64,000 bases of DNA, taken from positions 1 through 64,000 of the forward strand of contig CALSCP010002411.1 of NCBI GenBank assembly GCA_943704425.1. The letters are read 5' to 3'. The translations under genes were made by a program, and so were the position numbers. Position 1 is the stretch's first letter. Each line of letters begins with the position of its first letter. Source of the stretch: Ministeria vibrans ATCC 50519 (taxonomy: Eukaryota; Protista; Filasterea). The notes under the pieces are model-generated. The model saw only the letters and a list, made by a program, of their open reading frames with translations, did not search any database and was not told the origin of the DNA. Of this stretch, positions 13,337 through 25,518 are shown in pieces.

Positions 13337-15263
13337 CTACTCGCTCTCCAAATCACTCTCATACACAGCCCATTCCGCCGCATCAAACGCACTCCGCCCA
13401 CTCTTCCGCCTTGCACGCCCACTGCTACTCGTTGTAGTAGGAGTAGTGGTAGTGGTGGTGGTAGAAGTGGGCGTAGTAGTGGTGATGGCGGGATGTGAGG
13501 GAATGTGCGAGTCCTCATCTTCTTCATCGTGTTCCGATCCGTCCATACGTGGGGTTGTTTCCTCTTCGTCTGTCTCCATCTCATTGACACTCCCCTTTTC
13601 CCTGCGTCTCCACCCCCTACTGCTCCTTGTTTGCTCGCCCCCCTTTGCTTTCTTGTTGACTCGTGCTCGTGTGCGTCGCACTCTTGTCCCATCCTCCATC
13701 CCGTCTCCTTCTTCTTCTTCCTCCTCCGCCTCCTCCTCCTCCTCCCCCCTGCTTTCTTTCCGCTTCCTACCACGTCTCACACGCTCCTTTCGTCGCGACA
13801 CAAGCGTATCGCCAACCGCCCGTGGTACTCTCTCCGCCACCGCCTCCACCCCAACGCTCTCCTCCACCTCCATAAAGTCCTTGGCCGACAGCAATGTCCG
13901 CTCCCGCAACACCCCAACGTGCCGCTGCACCAGCTTGCTCCGCCGCTGCAGCGGACTCTCCACCTGCTCTCGCGCCCGTTCCGGATTCAGCGTCCGCCAT
14001 CGTCGCCACAACATGTTGTCTGTGCGTGGCTTCATCAGCTCCGCAATGCGACTCCACTGGAACTGAAGCTCTTCAGCCAGTCGCAACAATCGCGCGTCCT
14101 CTCGCTCAGTCCACTTGATCTTTACCGTCGCCTGCGACTGCAATTTGGGGTCAAGAATGTTGCACCACCGCTCACGACACTGCACATCATTGCGTGTGCC
14201 CACCACCGTCTGCACGCGACTCCACCGTGGCCCATACAGCTCTACCCCCTGTCGCAACAACGCATCCTCGTCTGCATCCCACGCTCCGCGTCGAAAGTCC
14301 GGTCGAATCGCCTTTTGGTAGTGATGCAGACACTGCTGGCTCGTGCGTCCTGGCAGCCACCGCGCAATGTACGTCCATTGCGATGCCCCATACTGCGCCA
14401 CAAGTCGCACCAGCTACACAAACACAACGCAAAAAGCATCATCAGTATCCCTACTCTCTCCTCTCTCCTCTCATTCGCCTCTCTCCCTATTTTTTTTATC
14501 TCCCTATAATTTGTACCGTTTCGTCTTCTTCCTTGGTCCATAGACCGCGCACAAGACGATCGTTGAGACTTGTTTGGTAGCGACGGAAGCACAGCCAGGC
14601 GGTGCGTCGGGTGCCCAGCAGCTCTGCAATGCGGTCCCAGTCGCGAAAGTGTTGTTCAACGGCATAGCGCAGCAACGATTTGTCTTCTTCCTTGGGCCAA
14701 GGACCCTTGTTAATCAGCGGGTGTTGCAAATTGAGCCATTGCAAACGACAGTCGTCTGCCGACCGCGTGTGGACGTGTGCCTCGGCGACCCTCTGCCAGT
14801 CAATGCCGACCACGTTCAGTTCGAGCTCGTCAAGTGCCATGGCTCTGATCGCATCAACATGTTCGCTCACTGTGGCAAGTCCCCGAGCAATGTCGTCGCG
14901 ACCCATATCGAGAGTGCCTTCATCACCGTTGTTCACCGTAACAGTCACATCGTTCCTGCCACTACTCTCCGCACGCTGTTGACGCAGTCGACGTTGAGCA
15001 TCGAGGAGGATCCTCTGTTGAGCACGCACAGGAACAAGAAGACGTTCGCGGTTCTGTTCGCGAATGGCCGCCGCCAATTCAATGGTCTCCTCGTTGGTCC
15101 AGTTGCGATAGTAAGGTGCCGAAATGCCTCGCGCACGTCGGTAAGCCATCTTTGCGTGTGTGACCGGGTCGGGAGGAGGAATGGCGCCTGTCGCATCCAC
15201 AAAGTACGGATGAAAGAAGTGGCGACGCGTCACACGTTGCGCCGCCTTGGTTTGCGTCGCGTG

Positions 15264-15305
<42 letters not shown>

Positions 15306-15641
15306 GTTGTCGTCGCCGTCACTGTCGTGGCTGTCCTCGTCCGACAACGGTGCCAGTCCTGTCAGCCTGCGAGCGTACTCGTCGTCAACACCCCCGTCTT
15401 CGTGGTCCTTGGCACCGCCCGACGGTAGAGCCTCGGCAAGGACGACGCCATTGGCAACACTCTACGAGCGAGAGGGGAGAGGGAATCAGTCAGCCAAGGG
15501 GGAGTGCCACTCTCACGAAATACACACCGAAAGTTGTCGCTGAAGAGCCCGATTGCGCAGCAGGGCGCGATCAAGAGTAGCAATTTGATCTCGCAACGCC
15601 GCCTGAAGATTACGGTTGGCCACCAGGGCCGCTTGGGCCAT
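13337..15641 (-). CDS. SNAPC4: SNAPc subunit 4 (SNAP190)-like multi-Myb protein
   Basis: N-terminal coiled exon MAQAALVANRNLQ...NRALQRQL; FFHPYFVD; about 4.5 Myb repeats (IDWQRVA...DCRLQW; WPKEED; WTKEED; WDADED...QCRERW; WTERED). Confidence 0.85.
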
Positions 15642-15841
15642 CAAAAAGTAGAAAAATATTTGATAATAAACTTAAAATTTGATTCTGGTGAATCAAGAAT
15701 AAATGGGTGCTTCAGACGCTTCTTCTGCTCCTTTTTCCTTTTGGTTGCAGTGCGTGAGTCACGTCACAATCTTTCTCCTTTATCCTCTGAGAGACTGCGC
15801 TCTCGCACACCTTTGAGTAACTCCCACTGTTACAGAGCGCA

Positions 15842-17701
15842 ATGTTTTGTGTATTGCCGCTCCTGCTCGCCACGGCGATGGCGCTCACCATCCAGATGGA
15901 GGTGGTGAACGAACACGGGTACTCTCGCTACGAGCCGGGCGTCATGGGCGTGTCGCAGTACGGGAATGTGTGTCCAAGGGCCATTCCCGACTGCTACGCC
16001 GCGCGTCGTCTTGAGACGCTCGGCATCCGTCTCGTTGGCTCGACCGAAGGCATTTCGGGTCTCAACGCGACGGAAACACACTGGACGGTGGACCTCATCC
16101 GCGAGCAGATGCGTTCGCCAGCGGCAGTGGCCCAGTGGAACGCCGGACCGCTGTCGGCGCGGCTCAAGGAGCTGTCGCACAACCCTCGCGTGCCGTCGTG
16201 GTGGTACTCGCGCGGCTACATTCCCAACGACAATCTCACGCCCCCGGGTGCTGTCGATTGCAAAGACTGTGTGCCGCGCTCACCAGTGCGCTGGGGCACC
16301 GCACAGGCCGAGTATTTGCGACACGTTCTCTCAGACTATCCGCAGCTTGCGCACACTCACATTCTGAACGAACCCAATGCGCACTGGTGGAAAGTCGGCC
16401 TCAACGGCACCGACTATGCGGCCTTTTTTCTGACGGCTGCGTCCGTGATGCGTCAAGCGCATCCCGACATCGCCATTGGTGGTCCCGTCACTTGGTGTCC
16501 TCCGTCGGGCACCGGTCGTGGTCTGGCCACGGCCAAGCCCTGGAACACCTGGGCCGACTACGCGTTGCCCATGCTTGACATGGTCCTGCCTCGCGGTCTT
16601 CTCTCCTACTACGATTTTCACTCGTACAACGACACGGGCGCCTATCTTGCCGGCGAAATTGCTCTAGTCGCAGGCTACGCGCGCACACACGGCCACTCAC
16701 TCCGCAGTGCCATCACCGAGAACAACATTGCACTGCAAGATCCCGTCTACGTGGCATCGTGGTCCTTGCACTGGCAATTCCGTGCACTACCCCTTGCCAT
16801 CATCACACACTATCTACTGCGCTCACCTGACAAGCTCAGCTCCCGCCATGTCTTCGACTGGCACGTCGACGGTCTGTTCCCCATCGTCAACGTGAGCGAC
16901 CCTTTCACCCTGACACCCACCATTGCGCTCTTCCAATTGCTGCACAATAGTACGCTGCTTGACATGCGTCGTCTCAGTCTCGACAGCGAAGTGCCCAGCA
17001 CAAGTGCAAGCGACCTATTGTATGCCAATGCGGGCATCTCAGCCGACGCTCAGTCGGTCACTCTCCTGCTCACCAACGGTGCCACAGGTATCTCACAGCA
17101 GCTACATGGTCCTCTCGTGCAGGGGCTTCAAGGAAACGTACTCAACGTGCAAGGACACTCCGTGAGCGCGCACGGCGTCGACTTCTTCCCGTGCCCCCTT
17201 GATCTTCAGAATGGAACCATTGTCGTGCCACCACTCACGTCACTCTACTGCAAGTATGCACTTGTAGAGCCACAGTCACCGCCCACCGTGGTGCACACGG
17301 AACTCTTCAGCGCCACCTCCTTTATGCGCAACCTCACTACATCCATGTTGTTCGAAGGCGACATTGCGCTTCCGTCCAATGTCACAGCACACTCACACAC
17401 TCCCCTTTTTGTGCGTTTCGGCGTCAAAGGAGGCGCCAATGCCAGCGAATGGACACTCACTCTGAGTGACAGCAGTAGTCCCCATCGCAGCACTCTTGTC
17501 ATCTCCTCACCGGGTCCCTATGCTCAACTGACTGCCCCGAGCACACTCCTACACGCATCCCCGTCACACATTGCCGTGCGTCTTGAGTGCACGCGCGACT
17601 GTGACAAGTACTTCATACCGTCCAAAGCAGCCCCCACCTTTGTCTCATTTGTCTCCATTGTCGTGGAACAAATCAAGAGAGAGCGCGACAGTAATGAATA
17701 A
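15842..17701 (+). CDS. Secreted glycoside hydrolase, clan GH-A-like (GH39-like TIM barrel plus beta-sandwich); intronless
   Basis: Signal peptide; HILNEPN acid/base motif; IGGP; YDFHSY; AITENN putative nucleophile; single 619-aa ORF. Confidence 0.7.
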   Translation: MFCVLPLLLATAMALTIQMEVVNEHGYSRYEPGVMGVSQYGNVCPRAIPDCYAARRLETLGIRLVGSTEGISGLNATETHWTVDLIREQMRSPAAVAQWNAGPLSARLKELSHNPRVPSWWYSRGYIPNDNLTPPGAVDCKDCVPRSPVRWGTAQAEYLRHVLSDYPQLAHTHILNEPNAHWWKVGLNGTDYAAFFLTAASVMRQAHPDIAIGGPVTWCPPSGTGRGLATAKPWNTWADYALPMLDMVLPRGLLSYYDFHSYNDTGAYLAGEIALVAGYARTHGHSLRSAITENNIALQDPVYVASWSLHWQFRALPLAIITHYLLRSPDKLSSRHVFDWHVDGLFPIVNVSDPFTLTPTIALFQLLHNSTLLDMRRLSLDSEVPSTSASDLLYANAGISADAQSVTLLLTNGATGISQQLHGPLVQGLQGNVLNVQGHSVSAHGVDFFPCPLDLQNGTIVVPPLTSLYCKYALVEPQSPPTVVHTELFSATSFMRNLTTSMLFEGDIALPSNVTAHSHTPLFVRFGVKGGANASEWTLTLSDSSSPHRSTLVISSPGPYAQLTAPSTLLHASPSHIAVRLECTRDCDKYFIPSKAAPTFVSFVSIVVEQIKRERDSNE

Positions 17702-17747
17702 AGCAAAAATGTTTTTCATAATAACCATCATTATTATTTTCATCGTT

Positions 17748-20349
17748 CTACACATCAAGACCAAAACGCGCTACAAATGACTCAATCATTCCCACTGCAG
17801 ATCCTTCAAACTCATCCAAGACAACACTCCCATCGTGCTCAAGACGCGTGTGCGCCTGTACCAGCAACGACCGTGGCTTGCGCACCTTCATGACCATGTC
17901 ACGCCACGCCAGCTCACGTTCGCCAACACTGCACAGAGACGAGTACATTGCGCTCGCCGAGTCTTTGTTTCCCGTCGCCTTGTACACGTTCAACTAGACA
18001 AATTGGTGTGAGCACGTCCATACTATTTTCTGATCACTCACCTTGAGAAGGAAATCCGCAATGCATTGTTTCCCGACCGTCGCAATCTTACTACGGTCCA
18101 GAACCACCTCAAGGGGTGACGGGGCGTCCTCCTCGGTCTTCTCTGTGACGGTGGCAAACCCTTGACCTGCACGCAGGAACGACTGCAGGATTGCAAAGCG
18201 AGCTTGCATATGAGCCTATATATAAAAAAAACAGGCGAGAGGTGTGGTGTAAGTGTGTCGAAAATTAATCAAAGGTTGAATACTTGTCGCCACTGGTTGG
18301 TTTCGGGGGAGTAAAATTCGAGGGCGCGAATACCAGCACGCGCCATGATGAGCCAGTTGATGTAAGCAAGGTCAGAGACGCCCTCGGTGGTAGGGTTGGA
18401 CGCGTCAGTATGACCAAAGACGGCACAGGCATCGTCGTGGAGCGACAGGTAGATGCCGACGCACTCAGCGCGACACTCTTCCATGCTTGAGGACATGGCG
18501 CCAAAGCGCTGGTCGTACGTCTCACTGCCATCGTACCACGATGCAACAGGCTGCAAGGGAGCAACGAAAATGAGTCTCCTTCACCAGTTTTCGTTTGGTT
18601 CTACCTTGTTCGTTGTTGGGTCGATGAGATCACGATCAAAATCAAACTGACCGGGAGTCGTCTCGGCAAAGAGACGTCCGCTGCCATGGCCCACAAGTTC
18701 GTGCAGACCAACCTGTACATCAAACGAGTCGGACGCCCATTTCTGATAGAGGCTTTGGTCGGCACTGGACACAAACGAGATGTGGTCGTCGCGCGCAGTG
18801 GCGTATGCGGCACGCAGAACATTGCCCAGCGAGACATTCTTGAAACCATCCTTGGCACGCACCTCCTCCAAATTGGGGATGTTGATGCCGGCGGGAACGC
18901 CACTCGAGGCAAATGTAATCACCTCGAGCGATGTAAAGTCGGGACGTTTGAATTCGGTGCGTTCAAAGGCAGAGGGCCAAGGGAGGCGCTGAAGCAGTGT
19001 CGCGCCCATGTCAACAAGTGCATTGAACTTGGCCGACGTCTCCTTGTTGACCACCGAGACAAATCCTTCAAACTCAGCACTATTAAAGAGAGAGAGAGAG
19101 AGAGGAGGGAGAAAGTGATAGAGAGAGAGAGAGAAAGGAGAGAGAAAGAAACAAAGTGATAGAGAGAGAAAAAGGAGGGAGAGAAAAACAAAGTGATAGA
19201 GAGAGAGAGAATCAAAGTGATAGAGAGTGAGAGGAAAAAACAAAACAAAAACAAAAACAAAGAAAGCAGAATCAGTACGTACGTACATGCATAAGCCACA
19301 AAATAGGGCACTAGCGCTTGTTTGTTTGTTTGCTTTTTTCACATAATTATACCGAACACCGACTGGATCGCGATAGGTCTCGACAAAGCCAACGTTGGTC
19401 TCGACGGACGGGCCAATGTCGTGCACCCAATGCGATTGGGATTCGCTGAACTTGGGGATGGAGCCGGTGGTGAACGACTCGACGTAGCAGTCGATCATCT
19501 TCTCTTGTGTTTCGTTTGCTGCATACTGGCGCGCAATGGCCATGTGAGCAGCGAGACGTGCCATGGGCTGGGAGAAGTCGCCACGGACCACGCGCACTTC
19601 GAGGCCATCTGCGCCGTGCAGTGTCGTGATGGGTCCGACGTCGGCCGAGGCGAGACGCACTTCAAAGAGGTGTTCGTCGAGTTGGAAGACGCGCGTGTTG
19701 TACAGGGCAAAGCTGGTCTCGGGCGGCTGGCCGTTGAGCAACGCATCGACTCGCGCAATGTCGTCCGACTTGATGCCAGGCGAGTAGTACGCCGAGATGC
19801 CCTTGCCGTCGAGCCCGAGGGCACGCTCGCCAGGAGCAAGAGAGAAAATCTTCTCGCGGCACTGAGCAAAATGGGCGAGGACGCGATCGCGGACGCTGGA
19901 CTGAGCACACGCAAGGATGGCGTGGAAGGCTTGTTCACTCAGGCGCGGCACAATCTTAGTGTCTCCAAACGACAGGTAGTTGCCCATGTTGCCGTAAAAG
20001 GTGGCGGCATAGTTGAGAAACGCATCGAAATTCTCGGGGGTGGCCACGCTGAGGTCGTCGACGACGCGTGTGCGGAACGACGCGACACTCTGCTCAGAGG
20101 CAAACAGAGTTTGCAGCAACGCAAAAATGTGCGGCGATTCGTCCGAAAGCTGGCTCAGGCACACTCGCGCGCCTTGCCAGTAGCCCACGCTGAGCTCGTG
20201 GGCATACCGCTGCTCGCGCGGCGTCAGTAGCTGAAACGCTTTCCTGCAATGAAACGAATCAGAGAGTGACGGACACTTTTCAGTTCTGACTTGCAATCGA
20301 GGAAGGCAAATGTGGGTTTCTCGGGCGTGAGATAGAGATCGGTAGACAT
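17748..20349 (-). CDS. DPP3: Dipeptidyl peptidase III (M49)
   Basis: NMGNYLSFGDTK, GFVETYRDPVG, AEFEGFV, PAGINIPN, GFKNVSLGNV; zinc motif HELVGHGSG (V in place of the usual L); EECRAE; multi-exon. Confidence 0.97.
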
Positions 20350-20537
20350 GGGGCGACGCTTGGTAAGAATGGAGCGAAAAGCAATTCGAGCGAGAGGTCG
20401 AAGGAGCATAAAAAATAAATATTGTCGAATAGTCATTTTCGGGCTTTTCCTTTCGTCAATCTTTCAGATTGACAGATCACAGATTTTTACACACACACTT
20501 TCTGTTGCACCAACCTATTCTCGCATCTGATCTGAGC

Positions 20538-20879
20538 ATGTCTGAGAAGACGTTTATGCATGACGACGACTTGCCGTCGTTGCCGCTCCCGCGTCTGGAG
20601 GTGAGTGTTGTTGTGTGGTTGTTGTTGGTTAGGTCTCATCCTCATCATCCGCTCGCTCTGCGTTCACCGGCCCGTAGGACACCATTGAGCGGTACATCAG
20701 CTCGTGCGAGGGGGTGGGTGCGTCGCCCGAGTCGCTTACGGAGACGCGGCGGCGATGGAAAGAGGCGCAGGAGAGTGGCGTTCTGGACGGACTGCAGCGC
20801 GCGCTTGAAGAACGCGCTGCGTCGTCCCGCAACTGGCTGGAGGAGTGGTGGAATACAGTCGCATATCTGATGGGTCGAG
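20538..20879 (+). CDS. Carnitine O-acyltransferase (CROT-like), first two exons only
   Basis: MSEKTFMHDDDLPSLPLPRLE|DTIERY...NWLEEWWNTVAYL matches the family LPxLPVP and NWLxxWW motifs. Ends at a gtatgc donor before the poly-T. Confidence 0.85.
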
Positions 20880-20938
20880 GTATGCCTCTGGATTTTTTTC
20901 GTTTTTTTTTTTTTTTTTTTTTTTTCTGTATTACTTAC

Positions 20939-21112
20939 TGCCATTTCGATGTTCCAGACGGTCAGGTCGCCTGTATCAAGAAGTCTAATCCCGTCCAGCG
21001 GGTTTTTCTGGGTCGAAACCGTGTGAGATGCTCTTGGACGGAACAAAGGGGAGAAATGAGGGGATCTTACCATCATCGCCTCGTACTCCTTCCGCAGTCG
21101 CTTCGACACCAT
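20939..21112 (-). CDS. Ubiquitin-conjugating enzyme E2 (UBE2W-like), first two exons only
   Basis: MVSKRLRKEYEAMM|KNPLDGIRLLDTGDLTVWNIEMA, then a gtaagt donor. Typical E2 helix 1 (KRLxKE); the catalytic Cys exon is absent. Confidence 0.75.
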
Positions 21113-21277
21113 TTCACGCGCTGTTTTCACCTTTCAAGTGAATCTATTGTGAATATTGTCACGTCTCAGGCCGGGAAAATGAATATGAGAAGAAAAAAGT
21201 GTGTGTGTGTGTATATAAAAGTTTGCTCATTTCGATCGGAAATTCGAAATATTTTCTTTCATTAATTCTTTCTCACC

Positions 21278-24046
21278 ATGCCCCGAACTCGCTCCGCCTC
21301 GTCGAAGTTCATTTCAAGGGCGCTCGCCGTCGCTGCGCTTGCCTCTATGGTCGGCATCGCCGTCGCGCGTCCGTACTATTCAGTCAGCGAACTTTCGCAA
21401 AACTTTGCCGATAACAACTCCACTGGCAACGGCACGGTACGGCGACCCGCTCTGGAGACAGTCTCACCGCGGTCCTTTGTACCCCGCGCTCGTCTCTCCG
21501 TCTCTCACTCTCTTTCCCTCTCTTTTGCCGTGCTCCTGTTTTCGTCATTATGAGTCGTCACACGTTTTCAACTGACCCGTTCGTCTCTTGCGCGTAGGTC
21601 ATCGGCTCGTGCGACCCCTCCAAGCTGCTCCCATGCAGCGACACTGTTGTTGGAAACATTGTTTTGGTGCTCTTCTATGGGGCGATCCTCGCTTTTGCGG
21701 CAAAGATGATCTCAGGTGTGAACATGCATTCAAAAACGAAGGAATAGAAGCAAAGACAGAGAGAGAGTGTGTGTGTGTGTGTGTGAGTGTATGTGTGTGT
21801 GTGTGTATGTGTGACAGTCAACAACCGCCGTCTCTGCGACAGTGTGCATGTGCCTTTTCCAGTGCTGTGCGAGCGATCTCCTTAATCGCTCTCTTACCTT
21901 TTGCCGTCTTTGCTCATTCCTCCAGATGGCTCGGAATACCTTCTCGATCTGGGCTTCTCTGCCGCCGTCATTGGAGGCCTTGTGCTTCCCATCCTGGGCG
22001 CAGTCCCCGATGCCGCCATTATTATCGTTAGGTGCGAAACGAGACGCGATCAGCAGACACATAACAACACACTCACTCACTCAAACTTTCACACTCACTG
22101 CGTAGTGGAATTGGCCCGGACGCCCAGACTCAATTGTCTGTTGGTATGGGCACGCTGGCTGGGTCGACCATTATGCTCCTGACTATCCCGTGGCTCGGTA
22201 GCCTGCTTCTTGGACGCTGTGACTTTGACGAGAATGGTGAGGCCATCGACGAGACGAACAAAAAGGGATTTCACTGGACCGAGACGGGCGTCACCGTCCT
22301 GCCCGATGTCAAGGTATACTCGTGTGTTCCCAAATGCTTTTTCTCACACTCCTTTGTAGACGGGCGTTCTCATCATGCTTGTGACGACCATGCCTTACTT
22401 CATCGTGCAGGGTGCCGACTGGCACTACGGACCCACACAACCCACAGACGTACCGCAGCCCGCGTACATCCGACAGGCTGCCCTCGCAACCATGGTCTTC
22501 TGCTTCCTGGGTTTCTTCGGCTACTCCATCTACCAGGTGGTCAATGGCATCGTGGGCGAGCGCAAGGCCAAGCTGCACGCTGAGGCCAAGAAACGCGCCA
22601 ACTTTCAAGTGGTCCTTGCGTCAATGTACATGGAGAACCTTGTCCGCAAGCGCAAGGGCCCTCTTAGCGAGCCCCTGCTCGGTGCCGATGGCAACGACGA
22701 AGAGGACCCGGACCATCCAGGTTCAACCAAGCGCGCCACGTCTGCGGCACGCAAACTTGGCCGCGCCTGGAAGGTCACCAGCAAGGCGCCGCAGTCGGCC
22801 TCCATCAACGACGAAGCTGCCAGCGGCGACCCTGTTCCTTCCGCTGCCGCAGTGGAGTCGCAAGCAGAAAGTGCAGAGGAGCACGAAGGTAGGCACGCTC
22901 TCCTGCATACATAGTACATGACGCTCTCTCTCTCTTTCTCCTATTGTCCCTTCCGCAGAGCCCCGCTGGAAGATCGCTTGCAAGAGTGCGGCGTATTTGG
23001 TCGTGGGCGTGGGTCTTGTGACCATCTTCAGCGACCCCATGTGCGACGTCCTCACCGCCATCACCGACACCAACAACCACTCGTACATTCCCGTACCTGC
23101 CTTCTACGTCGTACGTCCACTTCCACTTTTCACCCTTGTTTCTTTTGTTTGCTGATTCTTATTTTTTTTTTCGTCTTCTTTCTTTTATGTTCTTTTCAAA
23201 CGAAACAACAACAAACACATACATAGTCGTAAGTGTCTCTGTGTGTATCACTATAATTATCTCTCTTTATCGTTTTCCTAATTCTTTATGTTTAGGTTCA
23301 TTGTCACTCCGCTCTGTACCTAAACCCGCCACTCTCATCTCAATGCGTCCGTACTAATCCTCTCTTTTATCTCTATTTCTCTCTCTCTCTCTCTCTCTAT
23401 CGCTTTGTTTTTCTCTCTCTATCGCTTTGTTTTTCTCTCTATATCGCTTTGTTTTTCTCTCTCTATCGCTTTGCTTTTCTCTCTCTATCACTGTTTCTCT
23501 CTCTCTCTATCACTTTGTTCTTTCTTCCTCCTCCTCTCTCTCTCTATCACTGCGTTTCCAAATTCTCTATTATTTTCTTTCTTTCTCTTTTTTTCGTTTC
23601 TTAGGCAGTAATGCGTCTGAGCTCATCTCCTCACTGATTTTTGCTGCCAAAAAGAAACGGGAAAACATCTCAATGACATACGCACAGCTGTACGGAGCAG
23701 CAACGATGAACAACACACTGTGTCTGGGAATCTTCATGGCCCTCGTCTACTTTAAGGTATGCGTGCAATTGTTTGTGCATGAATATATTTGGTTGGAGCT
23801 TAAAGGGATGTCTTAGAATCTCTATTGGGACTATAGCGCTGAAGTGTTGGTAAGAAATCGTCACACGCACATGAGATGGTACTGACTCACACGAAAAACC
23901 AGACAATTGTGCTGTGCCAGTTCATCATTGGGTTCATCGGGTTCCGCAAGACGTACAAGACGTACCTGGGCTTCATTGTCATTGGCGTGTATCCCTTTGC
24001 TATTATTCTCGTTGCTCTCCTTGAGAATGTCGCTGGCTGGCAGTAG
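21278..24046 (+). CDS. NCL/EF-CAX-type Ca2+/cation exchanger without recognisable EF-hands
   Basis: GSEYLL, GGLVLPILGAVPDAAIIIVSG, QLSVGMGTLAGSTIMLLT (alpha-1 repeat); FIVTPL|SNASELISS, YGAATMNNTLCL and WDYSAEV (alpha-2 repeat); about 11 exons including micro-exons. Confidence 0.85.
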
Positions 24047-24109
24047 GCCACTCACTCTTTTCTTATAATTATTATTATTATTAAACAGACCTTTTTGAGG
24101 GTTTTCACT

Positions 24110-25401
24110 TCACTTGCCCATTTCAATGATAGTCTTGACCATTTCTGGCGGTGGGTTTGCCGCAAATTCAAATGCTTCGACGCTCTTCGAGAAGGGATAT
24201 CTAAAGAGCAGAGCACGTCAGTCCCCCCCTCTTAATTAATCATGCTGGCAATAGTGGCTACCTGTGCGTAATCAGGGGCTTCAGATTAATCTTGCCCGAG
24301 CCCATGAGATTGAGAGCGCGGTCGTAAACATTGGCATAGCGAAAGACACTTGTGATGTTAACTTCCTTGCACTGGGCGGCGACCACGTCGAACGCAATGG
24401 GCGCCTGAGGCATGCCGACGAGCACAAGGGCACCGCCGGGCCGCACGTAGTCTAGCATGGTTGCACACGCCCGCTCGTTGCCCGAGCACTCAAAGACCAC
24501 GTCCGCACCCCAGCCCCCTGTCATTTGCTGCACAATCTCGGGACCGTTCTGTTTGAGCGAATTGATGGGTGTGATAGGCCCCATTTTCGCCGCAAGGTCC
24601 ACCTTGGTCTGTTGCACGTCGACAATCCACACGTCGGCACAACCACCGGCAATGGCCGCCAGGGCCGTCACCATACCAATGGGACCCGCCCCAATAACCA
24701 CCGCACGGTCGCCTGGCGACAGACGTGCCTTAGCTGCACTGTGCATACCCACTGCCAGTGGCTCGACAAGCGCCGCCTCCTCATACGAGATGTTCTCTGG
24801 CAACTTGTATGTATACGTAGCGGGGTGTGTGACGATGGGTCGCAGACACCCGTGCACCGGAGGGGTCGCCCAGAAACGCACGTCTGGGTCCACATTGTAC
24901 ATGCCAATGCGCGACGAGCGGCTGTGCGGGTTCGGAATGCCCGGCTCCATGCACACCCGATCGCCCACCTTGAGGTGCTGCACCGACGCACCCACCTCGA
25001 CCACTTCGCCGCTCGCCTCGTGCCCCAAAATCATTGGGTCGCGCACCACAAAGGGCCCAATAGCGCCGTGCAGGTAGTAGTGGACGTCCGAGCCGCAAAT
25101 GCCCACCGAGGCAATCTTGATGCGCACATCAGTCGGCTGAGTTCAAACGAGACAGATTGGCTGTGGATGAACACACACAAACACACAAACACACACACAC
25201 ACACACACACACACGATGCAGGGCTGCATGCCCGCCACCCCAGGGTGGTCTGTGTACCGACATGGCATCGTCGTTGACGTTAATGTCGCGCAAGGACAGT
25301 GCGAGTTTTTTCTCCAGGACCAACGCCTGTGTCGATGCCAGGCGCATTTGCACAGTGCGCAGTGATCGGGGGACCACGGTTGCAACGAGAGATCGCAACA
25401 T
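24110..25401 (-). CDS. Zn-dependent sorbitol/xylitol (polyol) dehydrogenase, bacterial-type, with an N-terminal presequence
   Basis: [31 protein letters not shown] Rossmann motif, VFRYAN; three exons; leader [23 protein letters not shown]. Confidence 0.93.
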
Positions 25402-25518
25402 GATACAGAGGATCGAGCGAGGAGTGAGAAGAAAGAAAGTGAGTGAAAATTGAAAAATTACAATTCAAAATATCAATTATCCAATAATTTAAATTGTATT
25501 CGTACGGCGCACCAGCTC

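Noticed and set aside
12834-15428. Long plus-strand ORFs (410, 334 and 284 aa) overlapping SNAPC4, and similar antisense ORFs elsewhere
   Set aside because: Shadow ORFs of GC-rich coding sequence; low complexity and no motifs.
20246-20292. GC-AG intron in DPP3
   Set aside because: A canonical GT donor (AA|gtcaga) gives the correct phase (LDCKKAF).
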